Part shown: one piece after another, positions 9,196 through 18,525 of the stretch | Layout of the letters: the number at the start of each line of letters is the position of its first letter | Position numbering within the stretch: position 1 is the stretch's first letter | Assembly: GCA_035544015.1 (NCBI GenBank) | Contig: DATKIP010000093.1 | Location: 281,454-345,453 of the forward strand | Reading direction: 5' to 3' | Source: Candidatus Saccharimonadia bacterium | GTDB lineage: Bacteria > Patescibacteriota > Saccharimonadia > UBA4664 | DNA length: 64,000 bases | Program-made: the position numbers and the translations under genes | Notes under the pieces: generated by a model | Told to the model about the DNA's origin: nothing | Seen by the model: the letters and a program-made list of their open reading frames with translations, nothing else | Database searches by the model: none

Positions 9196-9723
9196 ATGAT
9201 ACCCCGCTCCGAAATGTTCCACAGCGGAGGCTACGCCTCCCTGCCGGCGGCTAATCCCGACGGACGACCATCGATCGTACCGGGGGCGATTTGGCCCGTC
9301 GTATGTCTGACCGAGGGCTGCGTCGCGCCTCTCACCATCGAGGGATTACGTCGGCCGCGAATGTACGGCGTCGTGTGGGCCGGACCGCCCCTCGCAGTGC
9401 AGCAGTTCTCAAGTGCGTGTGGCGCGAGCTACCTCTACAGTAGCGTCCAACGCCAAGGCCAAGTGGGCATCGGCGTGATGATATTCGCCGGAAGCATCGC
9501 CGTGGTCGAAAGCACCAAGGGAGTCGTCGGGACAGTGCATTTCACCCTCGGCGACACCGGCGAAGTCCGGCTAGCCCCAGGCCTCGTCCCGGCCATCGTG
9601 CAGTTCCCCTTGCACCCCAAGGAGCCGCCCTACGTGCTGGCGGCACAGATGTCCGAGTACGCGTATACCGTGCTCGTCCCCCACTACCTCCAGCTATCCC
9701 GCCCGGTCCCTGCCAGCGCATGA
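9196..9723 (+). CDS. hypothetical protein
   Basis: 175-aa ORF with a consensus promoter and RBS upstream. No recognisable domain. Confidence 0.4.
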   Translation: MIPRSEMFHSGGYASLPAANPDGRPSIVPGAIWPVVCLTEGCVAPLTIEGLRRPRMYGVVWAGPPLAVQQFSSACGASYLYSSVQRQGQVGIGVMIFAGSIAVVESTKGVVGTVHFTLGDTGEVRLAPGLVPAIVQFPLHPKEPPYVLAAQMSEYAYTVLVPHYLQLSRPVPASA

Positions 9724-9789
9724 GCCCACCGTTCCTGCTGCGAAGGGCTAGTCCAGTCGAGAGGAGCCACAATCGTCGGCCGAGCCAGC

Positions 9790-10539
9790 ATGCTATGTGC
9801 GCGCCCGATCAAGTCCGTTTACAGCCCAACGGTACCCCGCATAACCGTCGGATGGCAGGGCGTCATCAACGACCGAACTGTCGTAGCCGTCGACCCCCAA
9901 ACGGGGCAGGTCATCACCGCCAAAGAACCCGGCGGGCAATGGCTGCTCGAGTGCCGGTCCTGGGTAGACGATGGGGGAAAGATCCTGCTCCACGTTCCGG
10001 GATACGACAAGGCATACCCCTGGTCAAACCGCCTCATATCCCTCTACCTGCGCGAGGTCCTACGCGGTCGGAACATCGACCTCGTCCGTGTCACAGACAG
10101 CCCCAAGCCTATGGCCACCAATGCCAGGTTCTCGCTGCGTCCCGGCGTGGGTTACGACTCCAGCCCGTTCAGCTGGGTGACCACCGCCGCCCTCGACACC
10201 GCCGGCAGCCTCTACCCAAACCCCGGCGCCTACGACCCCCGGCGCCTACGCATGACCGGCGTCATCGAGTCACCCAAGGGCATCACCACCAGCTTCCCGG
10301 AAGACGCATGGGTCGGCCACAGACTGCGGTTCCCCAGCGGCGTCGAAATGATGGTTCGCAAGCGCACCGAGCGCTGCGGACTCCCCACCCGATCTCAAGC
10401 CCAGCACGGACTCACCGCCGACGTCGGCATGCTCGCCGCTCTCACCAAGCATCACGCCAAGGCCCTGGGCGTCTACTGCTCGCTGGTCGAGCCGGGCATG
10501 GGTGTCATCGAGGAAGGAGATGAGATCGAACTCATCTAG
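9790..10539 (+). CDS. MOSC domain-containing protein (tentative)
   Basis: The C-terminal region has a conserved Cys (ERCGLPT) and a G..EEGDEIELI terminus resembling the MOSC beta-barrel domain. The N-terminal part is uncharacterised. Confidence 0.45.
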   Translation: MLCARPIKSVYSPTVPRITVGWQGVINDRTVVAVDPQTGQVITAKEPGGQWLLECRSWVDDGGKILLHVPGYDKAYPWSNRLISLYLREVLRGRNIDLVRVTDSPKPMATNARFSLRPGVGYDSSPFSWVTTAALDTAGSLYPNPGAYDPRRLRMTGVIESPKGITTSFPEDAWVGHRLRFPSGVEMMVRKRTERCGLPTRSQAQHGLTADVGMLAALTKHHAKALGVYCSLVEPGMGVIEEGDEIELI

Positions 10540-10699
10540 TCAGCGCTCTCGTCTCACGAGACGCTTCACGCCCTGCGGCGTGGCGGAAACAAACCGCCCG
10601 TGGCGGGGCGTTTTCGCGTTTCGCGTTCACCTGTTAATATTTAAAGGTAGATCAAGTTAACGCCACTCCTCCCCAGCAGAGTAGAAGGACAACCATGCC

Positions 10700-11308
10700 A
10701 TGGCGGTTAAAGCGGTTAAAGTTGATGCCGATGAACTATGGCATGTAGCTTGGACATACATAAAGACCGTTGTAGACACCGTGCGACACCCCTTTTTGAT
10801 CCTCGACGAAAATCTCGTGGTAATCTCGGCCAATAAAACCTTTTACACCATGTTTGAGGTCACGCAGAACCAAACCGAGGGCAAAAAGGTCTACGACCTG
10901 GGCAACGGCGAATGGAGTGCCCCCAAACTGAGAATTCTTTTGGAGGACATCCTGCCCAAAAACACCTTCTTCGAGGACTTTAAGGTTGACCACGAATTCC
11001 CCAAAATAGGCCGCAAGGTCATGATGCTCAACGCCCGCAGAGTCTATACGACAGACGAAGAACGACCGATCATACTCCTCGCCATGGAAGACCTCACCCG
11101 GCAAAGACAGCTAGAAGAGCAGTTGAAGGCCTATACCAAAAGCCTTACCCGTGAAGTCGCCAAACGAACAGCCCAGCTAGAATTTCGCGTACGCGAACTA
11201 GAAAAATTAAACCGAACCATAACACGACGCGAGAAAGACATGCAGCTATTTAAAAAAGAGCTGGAAGAGCTTAAAGCCTCTCGGTTAAGCAATTCCGACC
11301 CAGCCTAA
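10700..11308 (+). CDS. PAS-domain protein with C-terminal coiled coil (no output domain)
   Basis: PAS-like N-terminal fold (VISANKTFYTMFEV..., GKKVYDLGNGEW) followed by a charged heptad-rich tail. Roughly 50% GC versus roughly 63% for the genome. Confidence 0.5.
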   Translation: MAVKAVKVDADELWHVAWTYIKTVVDTVRHPFLILDENLVVISANKTFYTMFEVTQNQTEGKKVYDLGNGEWSAPKLRILLEDILPKNTFFEDFKVDHEFPKIGRKVMMLNARRVYTTDEERPIILLAMEDLTRQRQLEEQLKAYTKSLTREVAKRTAQLEFRVRELEKLNRTITRREKDMQLFKKELEELKASRLSNSDPA

Positions 11309-11395
11309 GGATATTTGCCAGCGCAATCCCTTTGAAGGAATTGGCAAACCAGAACCATAGTCACAGACGCTAGAACTGCGATTCGATCGGCAACC

Positions 11396-11650
11396 CTACC
11401 TATAAACTTCCCGACGATTACCAATCTTAATAATCTCAACCACTAACTGTTGATCCATGACCGAGTATACAACCCGATAGTCGCCAATCCTGATCCGCCA
11501 TGCATCAACACCCGTCATCTTCTTTACGCCATGCGGTCTGGGATCGTGAGTTAGGGAATCAATCAGTTCCGAAACCTGCTTGCGAACAGAAATAGGTAAC
11601 TTACGTAGCTCCCTAGCGGCACTAGCCCGAAAGGTTACTGAATAGAGCAT
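11396..11650 (-). CDS. type II toxin RelE/ParE family
   Basis: 84 aa. C-terminal RIRIGDYRVVYSV...VVEIIKIGNRREVY matches the RelE/ParE consensus. Its start is 4 nt downstream of the antitoxin gene's stop. Confidence 0.75.
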   Translation of the reverse strand: MLYSVTFRASAARELRKLPISVRKQVSELIDSLTHDPRPHGVKKMTGVDAWRIRIGDYRVVYSVMDQQLVVEIIKIGNRREVYR

Positions 11651-11653
11651 CTA

Positions 11654-11884
11654 CTAAAGTAGTCCGTCTCGCATTAAATCTGCTTTAACTTTATCCCATG
11701 CAAGCAATGGCTCGGCCTTGCGTGCATTAATAGTTGCCACATCCTCTGCATCTTCCAGCAGCTCAGCGAGTTGATCATTGATCAGCTCTGAAATTGATTT
11801 ATTTTGTTCAACCGCCTCATGTTGCAGATATTTCTTGACATAGGGGTTTAAATAAACGGTTGTTCGCTCCGTGAGGGTAGCCAT
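11654..11884 (-). CDS. ribbon-helix-helix antitoxin (partner of RelE/ParE toxin)
   Basis: 76-aa acidic protein directly upstream of the toxin and co-directional with it. RHH-like N-terminus (TVYLNPYVKKYL ... SISELINDQL). Confidence 0.6.
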   Translation of the reverse strand: MATLTERTTVYLNPYVKKYLQHEAVEQNKSISELINDQLAELLEDAEDVATINARKAEPLLAWDKVKADLMRDGLL

Positions 11885-11965
11885 ATCGCTCTCCTTATTT
11901 AGCCTTATTCTAATGCAACAACGTCATAACGTCAAGACGTTGCAAATAACTCGTTTTCTATGCCA

Positions 11966-12388
11966 CTAGAACTCGCGGTTATCCTCTGAGATTTCAACCA
12001 AAATACCGTCTGGATCAGCCACAAAGAAATAACGAGGGCCAGTTCGGCCTTGAGTAACCTTGACATCAGAGGCGACCACAGCCTTAGCAGCCAAGTCCTC
12101 CCGCGCTGCCTCGATTGAATCTACCTTCAATCCAAAATGTTTTGTGCCAATGACGGGAAGATCCGTTGAGGTCGCATGTATGAAATCCGGAGCAGACAGG
12201 GGAGCAGCATAACAAAACAATTCTAAGATAAACTCACCATTACGAAGGTGCGTTATGCTCAAAGTCTTGTCCTCGGCCTCCCAAAGATGAACTTGCTCGA
12301 ACTCAAGTAATTTATAAAAATCTACAGATTTTTCTCTGTTTGTAACACTGATGGCAACGTGCGTGGATTGAATACATGTAAATATCAT
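11966..12388 (-). CDS. VOC family protein (glyoxalase/bleomycin-resistance/dioxygenase fold)
   Basis: 140 aa. HVAISV ... HFGLKVDSIEAA ... FFVADPDGILVEI, a paired beta-alpha-beta-beta-beta module pattern typical of VOC proteins. Low-GC gene. Confidence 0.6.
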   Translation of the reverse strand: MIFTCIQSTHVAISVTNREKSVDFYKLLEFEQVHLWEAEDKTLSITHLRNGEFILELFCYAAPLSAPDFIHATSTDLPVIGTKHFGLKVDSIEAAREDLAAKAVVASDVKVTQGRTGPRYFFVADPDGILVEISEDNREF

Positions 12389-12435
12389 ACCAAACGCAAT
12401 AACGACCCAACCGGGTCGTTATACGCAATGATTCT

Positions 12436-12521
12436 TGGTACCGCTGGTCGGACTCGAACCGACATGACCTTGCGATCGAGGGATTTTGAGTCCCTTGTGT
12501 CTACCATTCCACCACAGCGGC
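12436..12521 (-). tRNA. tRNA-Leu (anticodon CAA)
   Basis: The reverse complement reads GCCGCTG-TG-GTGGAATGGTAGACAC-AAGGGACTCAAAATCCCT-long variable arm-GTCGGTTCGAGTCCGAC-CAGCGGT-A-CCA. It has the T-loop GGTTCGAGTCC, a 7-bp acceptor stem, an anticodon loop CTCAAAA, a long extra arm (type II tRNA) and an encoded CCA. Confidence 0.8.
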
Positions 12522-12627
12522 TTATTGTAAAAAGAGATGTTTATGTTAAAATATTAGATCGAACAATGATCGCGCTTGGTAATAGCACGGCACTCACGAT
12601 ACCATAGAAGCTATAAAGCAGACAATT

Positions 12628-13707
12628 ATGGCCGACCCCTCCGACACCCTCAATATTGGCTCGCTGCGCCTGCGCAAGGAATACCCTATCGCGCAAACGC
12701 AGATTCAACGCGACCCCGAAAGCGCTAAGCACCCCGCTGCAGCCGCAGCCGCCCGCGCGCGCATCGCCGCGCTGCCCGAATTCGCCGCGCTGTCCGAACT
12801 GCACCCAGCAGTAGCCGGACCCATGCTCGCAACACCCGCGCCCACAGCCGACCTAGTCACGAGCAAATCCAAACTAGCCGACGAAGCCCGCACCAAGCCC
12901 CTCGTGCGCGGCCGGCGCTTGCCCTCGGCCGTCATTCCATTTCTCACGGCCGCCGGCGTGTTCTTGTTGGTGCTGTTACTCTTCAAAGCCCCGGTCATCA
13001 TCAACCAAATCAACTATTCGCTCTCAAACAAACCAGCCGCACCCGTCACGACCACCAATCCCGCCGCCGACATCATCCCCGCCGAAAATACCCTCACCAT
13101 AGCCAAAATCGGCGTTCACTCGCCCGTGATCTACGAGCCCAGCATCCAAGAAGCCGCCATCCAGCGAGCACTGCAAGACGGCGTGGTGCACTACGGCAAC
13201 ACCGCGCTACCCGGCGCCAACGGCAATGTTGCCATCTTTGGCCACTCATCAAACGACTGGTGGGAGCCGGGCGACCACAAATTCGAATTCGTGCTGCTCG
13301 ATAAACTCACCGTGGGCGATCAAGTAAGCCTCGATTATCAATCCAAGCGTTACATTTACGAGGTCACCGGCGCCCGGGTAGTAGAACCCACCGAGGTGAG
13401 CGTGCTCAACCCCACCGCCACCCCCACGCTCACGCTCATCACCTGCTCACCGCCCGGCACCTCACTGCGCCGGCTCGTAGTCACGGCCAAGCAAATCAAC
13501 CCCGACCCCACCAAAACCGCGGTGGCCGCCACCACCCCCGCCGCTCAGGCGACGCCGGCCACGCTCACCAGCTCATCGCCCGGCTTCCTCGACCAGCTCG
13601 TACAAGCCTGGAAGGGAATTTTCTCAGGACTGCCGTCGCTCTTTGGCGGCGGATCGTCACCCTCGCCGTCGCCCGCTCCCGCCGGTCAGATTCCCAACGT
13701 CAAGTAA
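12628..13707 (+). CDS. sortase family transpeptidase (class E-like), membrane anchored
   Basis: TLITC catalytic-cysteine motif (TLTLITCSPPG) and a conserved His (IFGHSS). N-terminal TM segment and Pro/Ala-rich linkers. Confidence 0.75.
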   Translation: MADPSDTLNIGSLRLRKEYPIAQTQIQRDPESAKHPAAAAAARARIAALPEFAALSELHPAVAGPMLATPAPTADLVTSKSKLADEARTKPLVRGRRLPSAVIPFLTAAGVFLLVLLLFKAPVIINQINYSLSNKPAAPVTTTNPAADIIPAENTLTIAKIGVHSPVIYEPSIQEAAIQRALQDGVVHYGNTALPGANGNVAIFGHSSNDWWEPGDHKFEFVLLDKLTVGDQVSLDYQSKRYIYEVTGARVVEPTEVSVLNPTATPTLTLITCSPPGTSLRRLVVTAKQINPDPTKTAVAATTPAAQATPATLTSSSPGFLDQLVQAWKGIFSGLPSLFGGGSSPSPSPAPAGQIPNVK

Positions 13708-13714
13708 GCCAGCG

Positions 13715-15127
13715 CTAGCGAATCTGCAACTGCAGCACCCTTACGCCGGTATCGGTCGGTCGAAACACAATCACGCCCCGAGTATCAGCATCACCATACG
13801 CCGGCAGCACCCCATACCCTCGACCCAAATCTACCTGATTCGTACCATCAAAATCGCTCCAATACAGCTCGCCGTCTCGATTTGACAGCAAATGCTCATC
13901 GTCAAACCACGTCACAGCGCTCAAGGTTCCGCGAGCCGCCGGGGCAGGGTATAGCACAAACGAATGCTCCAGCGTCGACCGCTCCAAGTCGTACACGCTC
14001 GAACCCGCCGCCGAATTCAGCGCCAAAAAACGGCCGTTTTTGGGCGAAAAACTCACACTCACAATCCCCTGAGCCACCACCTTGGCCACCGGAGTATCGC
14101 TAAATATCCCCGAGTACAAGGTCGCCACGCCGGTTTTGGCCGGCACCACGGCCAACTCGTCTTCATTGTTGTAACGAGAAAGCGCCACGCTATAGCTATC
14201 GCTTTCCACCAACGCCGATATCACTTGTTGGCGCTTGCCCCGGCTATCGAGGCTCCACAGCGACCGGCCGAGATCAGTTTGCTGCACATACAGCACCCGG
14301 TCGGGCTGCACCCAAAACTGACTAACCTTATCTGCCAGCACGCCCGATACCGCCGCAGCGTCCATATCGAGCCGCCGCAAACCATCCGGCGACACCCAAT
14401 ACATCTGCCGCCAGTTTGAGCCCGAAAAATGCAGCCCGTTAAAGTTAAATCCGTAGGTCTGAGTCAAATTAACCGGCTCACCACCGCCAGCCGCCGCCAA
14501 GCGGTGCGTCAACACGCCCCCCACCTCGCTCACGATCAACAAATGCGACGCATCATCCGACCACGCCACATCATGCAACACCTCCGCACCCACCGGCGCC
14601 ACGCCTTCGCTGGCCGCCACCGCCGGCTTAGCCGAATATAACTTCACGAGCTTCTTGTTACCCAGATCAAGCGTATAGACCGCGGCGTCCGTCCCCCCCA
14701 CCACGTAGGCCAGATGGCGATGATCCTTCGAAATCGTCTGAGCCGTAATTTGCGTCTTCGCATCGAGCTCGGTCACAACTGGCTTTTTAGGCACCATAAT
14801 GACGTAGTCAGCCAGCGCCACCCGCCCCGCCGTGACCATTAATTTCTTTTCCCAAGGCCAAAAACCATCTTTCTCGAGCCGGAAAATATGATCCCCGATA
14901 CTATACGCCGCCTGGTAGGGCGTACGCTTACCAAGTACACGACCATCAGCCGTCACCACAATACCGCCGGGCAGCGAATCGATAATAACGTGGCCTTTTT
15001 GAATTATGCGATGAGTCTTGAAGTCGTAAGTATAGTCATTACCATAAGCCACAAGACCTACGGTGAACCCGACAATCGCGAGCGCAACCAAAAGATAACC
15101 AAAGATAGATAAGATTCGACGTAGCAT
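13715..15127 (-). CDS. membrane-anchored beta-propeller (TolB/PD40-like) protein
   Basis: The ORF track extends to 16042 through the antisense of mreB. The real start is taken at ATG 15127 (MLRRILSIFGYLLVALAIVGF, a signal anchor). The body has repetitive beta-strand-rich segments with YSV / WSDD / WVSPDG motifs typical of WD40/PD40 blades. Confidence 0.5.
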   Translation of the reverse strand: MLRRILSIFGYLLVALAIVGFTVGLVAYGNDYTYDFKTHRIIQKGHVIIDSLPGGIVVTADGRVLGKRTPYQAAYSIGDHIFRLEKDGFWPWEKKLMVTAGRVALADYVIMVPKKPVVTELDAKTQITAQTISKDHRHLAYVVGGTDAAVYTLDLGNKKLVKLYSAKPAVAASEGVAPVGAEVLHDVAWSDDASHLLIVSEVGGVLTHRLAAAGGGEPVNLTQTYGFNFNGLHFSGSNWRQMYWVSPDGLRRLDMDAAAVSGVLADKVSQFWVQPDRVLYVQQTDLGRSLWSLDSRGKRQQVISALVESDSYSVALSRYNNEDELAVVPAKTGVATLYSGIFSDTPVAKVVAQGIVSVSFSPKNGRFLALNSAAGSSVYDLERSTLEHSFVLYPAPAARGTLSAVTWFDDEHLLSNRDGELYWSDFDGTNQVDLGRGYGVLPAYGDADTRGVIVFRPTDTGVRVLQLQIR

Positions 15128-15154
15128 GGACTTGGCCCATAGTATACTACACAC

Positions 15155-16159
15155 ATGTTCTCTAAGCGCATTGCAATCGATTTGGGCACCGCCAACATTC
15201 TGGTATACGTACCCAAGCGCGGCATTGTCATTAATGAACCGAGCGTGGTGGCCATCGACGACCACAATAAAATCGTGGCCATCGGCGCCGAAGCCAAAGA
15301 AATGCTCGGCCGCACGCCCGACAGCATCACAGCCTCGCGGCCCCTGCGCGACGGCGTGATCGCCGATTATCGCATCACCCAAGCCATGATCCGCCACTAC
15401 ATCGGCAAGGTCACCGGCGGGTTCCGTCTCTCGCGCCCGGATGTGATGGTGTGCGTACCCGCCGGCGCCACCTCCACCGAACGCCGCGCCGTCATCGACG
15501 CCACCCTGGCCGCCGGCGCCCGCGCCGCCTACATCATCCGCGAGCCTGTAGCCGCGGCCATCGGCGCCGGCATCCCCATCGCGAGCGCGGCCGGCAACAT
15601 GGTGGTCGACATCGGCGGCGGCACCACCGAAATCGCCATCCTGAGCCTCGGCGGCGTCGTAGCCCAGCACAGCATTCGCGTGGGCGGCAACCGCCTGGAC
15701 AACGCCATCGCCGAATACATTCGCCGCACCTACGGCCTCGCCATCGGCGACCGCACCGCCGAAATCATCAAAATGCAGCTCGGCACGGCGCTCAAACTCA
15801 CCCGCGACAAAACCATGGAAATCCGGGGCCGCGACATCATCCAGGGCCTGCCCAAAACCATCACCATCCGCGCCAACGAAATTTCCGGCGCGCTCCAAGA
15901 CGAGCTTGAGAAAATTATTCAGGCCATTCGGGTGGTACTCGAGCAAACCCCACCCGAACTTAGCTCCGACATCATTGACCGCGGCATGGTGCTCACCGGC
16001 GGGGGAGCGCTCCTGCAAAATCTCGACAAAATGCTCACCCAAGTTACCGGCGTGCCTTGCGTAGTGGGGGAGGAGCCTTTGCTCTGCGTGGCCCGCGGCA
16101 CCGGTATCGCACTCGACAATCTCGAGGAGTACAAACGCAGCTTGGTCGCGGTTAAATAA
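15155..16159 (+). CDS. mreB: rod shape-determining protein MreB
   Basis: Actin-fold motifs: IDLGTANILVYV, the phosphate-2 motif DIGGGTTEIA, and the C-terminal LTGGGALLQNLD...TGV. 334 aa. Confidence 0.9.
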   Translation: MFSKRIAIDLGTANILVYVPKRGIVINEPSVVAIDDHNKIVAIGAEAKEMLGRTPDSITASRPLRDGVIADYRITQAMIRHYIGKVTGGFRLSRPDVMVCVPAGATSTERRAVIDATLAAGARAAYIIREPVAAAIGAGIPIASAAGNMVVDIGGGTTEIAILSLGGVVAQHSIRVGGNRLDNAIAEYIRRTYGLAIGDRTAEIIKMQLGTALKLTRDKTMEIRGRDIIQGLPKTITIRANEISGALQDELEKIIQAIRVVLEQTPPELSSDIIDRGMVLTGGGALLQNLDKMLTQVTGVPCVVGEEPLLCVARGTGIALDNLEEYKRSLVAVK

Positions 16160-16195
16160 TTCAACACAGGTGACCGACCACGCCTCTCCGGCTGA

Positions 16196-16285
16196 TATAA
16201 CGGAATCCGAGGATTATCACCGACTCGATGCATTGCTAGCCTCAAATTTAGCCACACCAGCTATAATTCCTCGGATTCCGTTATA
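16196..16285. repeat. long imperfect inverted repeat (22/23-bp arms, 45-nt spacer)
   Basis: TATAACGGAATCCGAGGATTAT at 16196..16217 and ATAATTCCTCGGATTCCGTTATA at 16263..16285. The reverse complement matches with a single extra A. Located in the mreB / ligase-like intergenic region. Confidence 0.6.
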
Positions 16286-16341
16286 CCTTCTCAGCGGACA
16301 CATCCCACCCAACCTCGCCTGAAATTCTGTATAATCAAGCC

Positions 16342-17622
16342 ATGAAACTCAATCAACAGATTGAAAAATTCATCCAAACCGGTCTGCTCGTCATCGTCGC
16401 CGTGATGCCGTTTCACGCCTTTTTGAGCGTGTGGCTCGGCCACCTGTTTGGCCACCAGGCCGTCATTCAAGGCTGGAAAGAGGCGCTGCTGCTCATCCTG
16501 GCAGTCGCCGCCCTAGCGCTCCTCATCCGCGAACCCGCCCGCCTCCAGCGTCTGCGCCAGCCCTGGATCCTCGCCGCCCTCGCCTTCGGAGCCGTGGCCC
16601 TTATCGTCACCGCCCTCACTCGCCCCGTCGCCGAGCTAGCCGCCTTTGGCGCCAAAACCGATCTCGAATTCCTTCTCGCCGGCATCATTGCCGCCACTAT
16701 CGCCACCCGCACCCTGCTCGTGCGCCTGATCACGATCATTCTCATCGGCTGCGCCGTTGTCGCCGGCTATGACCTGCTGCAAATTTTCGTCCTGCCGGCC
16801 GATTTTCTCACCCATTTCGGCTACGGGCCAGGCACCATCGTGCCCTACCAGCACATCGCCATCGGCACCTCGGCGCTCCGCTTCCCTAGCACCCTCGGCG
16901 GCCCCAACCAACTCGGCACATACCTCATTATCCCGCTATGTCTGAGCCTCGCCCTGTTCACGCGTCAGCGCCGTTGGTGGCAGCTAGCGCTGTTTGCCGC
17001 TAGCCTCATCAGCCTCATCTGGACCTTCTCGCGCGGCGCCTGGATCGGTGCCGGCGTCGCCATAATCATCACCCTCATCGCCAGTCTCCCCGCTCGCCTG
17101 CGCCGCACCGCCACCTTCGCCGTCGCCATCGTGATTGCCGGCAGCCTCCTAGCGCTACCAATCATTCTCACCCGCGACGGCCAGCTCCAGTACTTGCTCC
17201 TCCACGCTAGCGTCGCCACCCATAGCCAAGCCAATCTCTCCGATTCGCAACACGCCGCCTCCCTGCAGGACGGCTACCAGGCCCTCATCGCGCGTCCGTT
17301 CGGCCACGGCCTCGGTACCGCCGGACCCGCCACCTTCCACATTGGCCCACCCCACATCATCGAGGATTACTACCTCCAAGTCGGGTACGAAACCGGCCTG
17401 GTCGGGCTCGGCGTCTTCACAGCCGCACTCGGCCTCCTCTTGATGGCATTGTGGCGCACCAGCGCAGCTCACGCGCTCGCCATTCCGCTGGCAGCCGCCA
17501 TAGGCGGCATTTGCCTCGTAGCCATCGTGCTGCCGGCCTGGGCCGACTCCACCACCGCCCTCATCGCTTGGATCGCCGCCGGCACTGCCGCCAGCGTCAC
17601 CCCCAAGGCGCGTCATGTCTAA
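16342..17622 (+). CDS. O-antigen ligase (Wzy_C) family membrane protein
   Basis: Polytopic 426-aa protein with the diagnostic TFSRGAWIG segment and a large periplasmic loop between late TM helices. The next gene overlaps its end by 8 nt. Confidence 0.7.
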   Translation: MKLNQQIEKFIQTGLLVIVAVMPFHAFLSVWLGHLFGHQAVIQGWKEALLLILAVAALALLIREPARLQRLRQPWILAALAFGAVALIVTALTRPVAELAAFGAKTDLEFLLAGIIAATIATRTLLVRLITIILIGCAVVAGYDLLQIFVLPADFLTHFGYGPGTIVPYQHIAIGTSALRFPSTLGGPNQLGTYLIIPLCLSLALFTRQRRWWQLALFAASLISLIWTFSRGAWIGAGVAIIITLIASLPARLRRTATFAVAIVIAGSLLALPIILTRDGQLQYLLLHASVATHSQANLSDSQHAASLQDGYQALIARPFGHGLGTAGPATFHIGPPHIIEDYYLQVGYETGLVGLGVFTAALGLLLMALWRTSAAHALAIPLAAAIGGICLVAIVLPAWADSTTALIAWIAAGTAASVTPKARHV

Positions 17623-18463
17623 ACAACGCACCTACGACCGCGTCACGCTCCTCGGAGTAGAAGTCGATGTAATAACCCTTGCCGAAGCCACAAACTACCT
17701 CATCGCCACCGCCGCCGATCCGCGTACGCCAGCCGGCTACGTCATCAAACCCTACGTGGAGTTCCTCGACCGCGCGTCCACCAACCCCAAACTCGCCGCG
17801 CTCCTCAACGATGCCGAACTCTCGGTAGCCGACGGCGTGGCCGTGGTGTGGGCAGCCCACTACCTGTACGCCGGCCCGCGCACATTAGCACGATTTTTGC
17901 TTACCCTAAGCCAAATCATCGCCGCACCCGCCGAACTCTGCTGGCCCCTGCCCGAACGCGCTGCCGGCACCAATTTTACCTGGCAACTTCTGCGCACAGC
18001 TGCCGAAAAACAGCTTCGCGTAGCCCTTATCGGCAAAGAAACCGCCGCCGATATCGGCGTAGTGGCCAGTACCATTACCGCGGCCCTACCCAGCATCACG
18101 ATCGTGAGCACTATTCCCGGCCGCGACCCCAATGCCCCCCGCGGCCACGTCACCCCGTCATGGACCGACGCCACCGCCCGACAGCTGCTCGAAACCAAAC
18201 CTGACCTCATCCTGGTAGGCATGGGGTTCCCGCTCCAAGAGCACGTCTGCGCCGATCTCGTCACCCGCCTCCCTCACGGCCTGCTCATCGGCGAAGGCGG
18301 CACCTTCGATTACGAGAGTTTTGGCGGTCCCAAGCGCAAAGCACCACCCGCCATTCAGCGCATCGGGCTAGAGTGGCTCTGGCGGCTAGCCCTCGAACCC
18401 ACCCGCCTGCGCCGCCAATTCGCCATTCCCCGGTTTATCGCCAAGGTCCGCCGGACGCACTAA
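17615..18463 (+). CDS. WecB/TagA/CpsF family glycosyltransferase (GT26)
   Basis: The LLGVEVD start and the C-terminal LEWLWRLALEPTRLRRQ motif are typical of WecG/TagA N-acetylmannosaminyltransferases. 282 aa. Confidence 0.8.
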   Translation: MSKQRTYDRVTLLGVEVDVITLAEATNYLIATAADPRTPAGYVIKPYVEFLDRASTNPKLAALLNDAELSVADGVAVVWAAHYLYAGPRTLARFLLTLSQIIAAPAELCWPLPERAAGTNFTWQLLRTAAEKQLRVALIGKETAADIGVVASTITAALPSITIVSTIPGRDPNAPRGHVTPSWTDATARQLLETKPDLILVGMGFPLQEHVCADLVTRLPHGLLIGEGGTFDYESFGGPKRKAPPAIQRIGLEWLWRLALEPTRLRRQFAIPRFIAKVRRTH

Positions 18464-18525
18464 AAACCTATTCCAAGCACAGGCATTGTGTTGTAACATA
18501 AGCACAATAAACAAGAGCGAAGCGC

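Noticed and set aside
12359-12607. 82-aa + strand ORF
   Set aside because: Overlaps the tRNA-Leu gene on the opposite strand and spans an AT-rich non-coding region. No coding signal.
12400-12640. Integrase or transposase expected next to the tRNA-associated islet
   Set aside because: No ORF with integrase or transposase motifs was found on either strand between 6000 and 13000, so the islet is reported only as a compositional anomaly.
15128-16042. N-terminal 300 aa of the 775-aa minus-strand ORF 13715..16042
   Set aside because: This part is antisense to mreB and is Gly/Ala/Asp-rich. The propeller protein has a convincing Met plus signal-anchor start at 15127.
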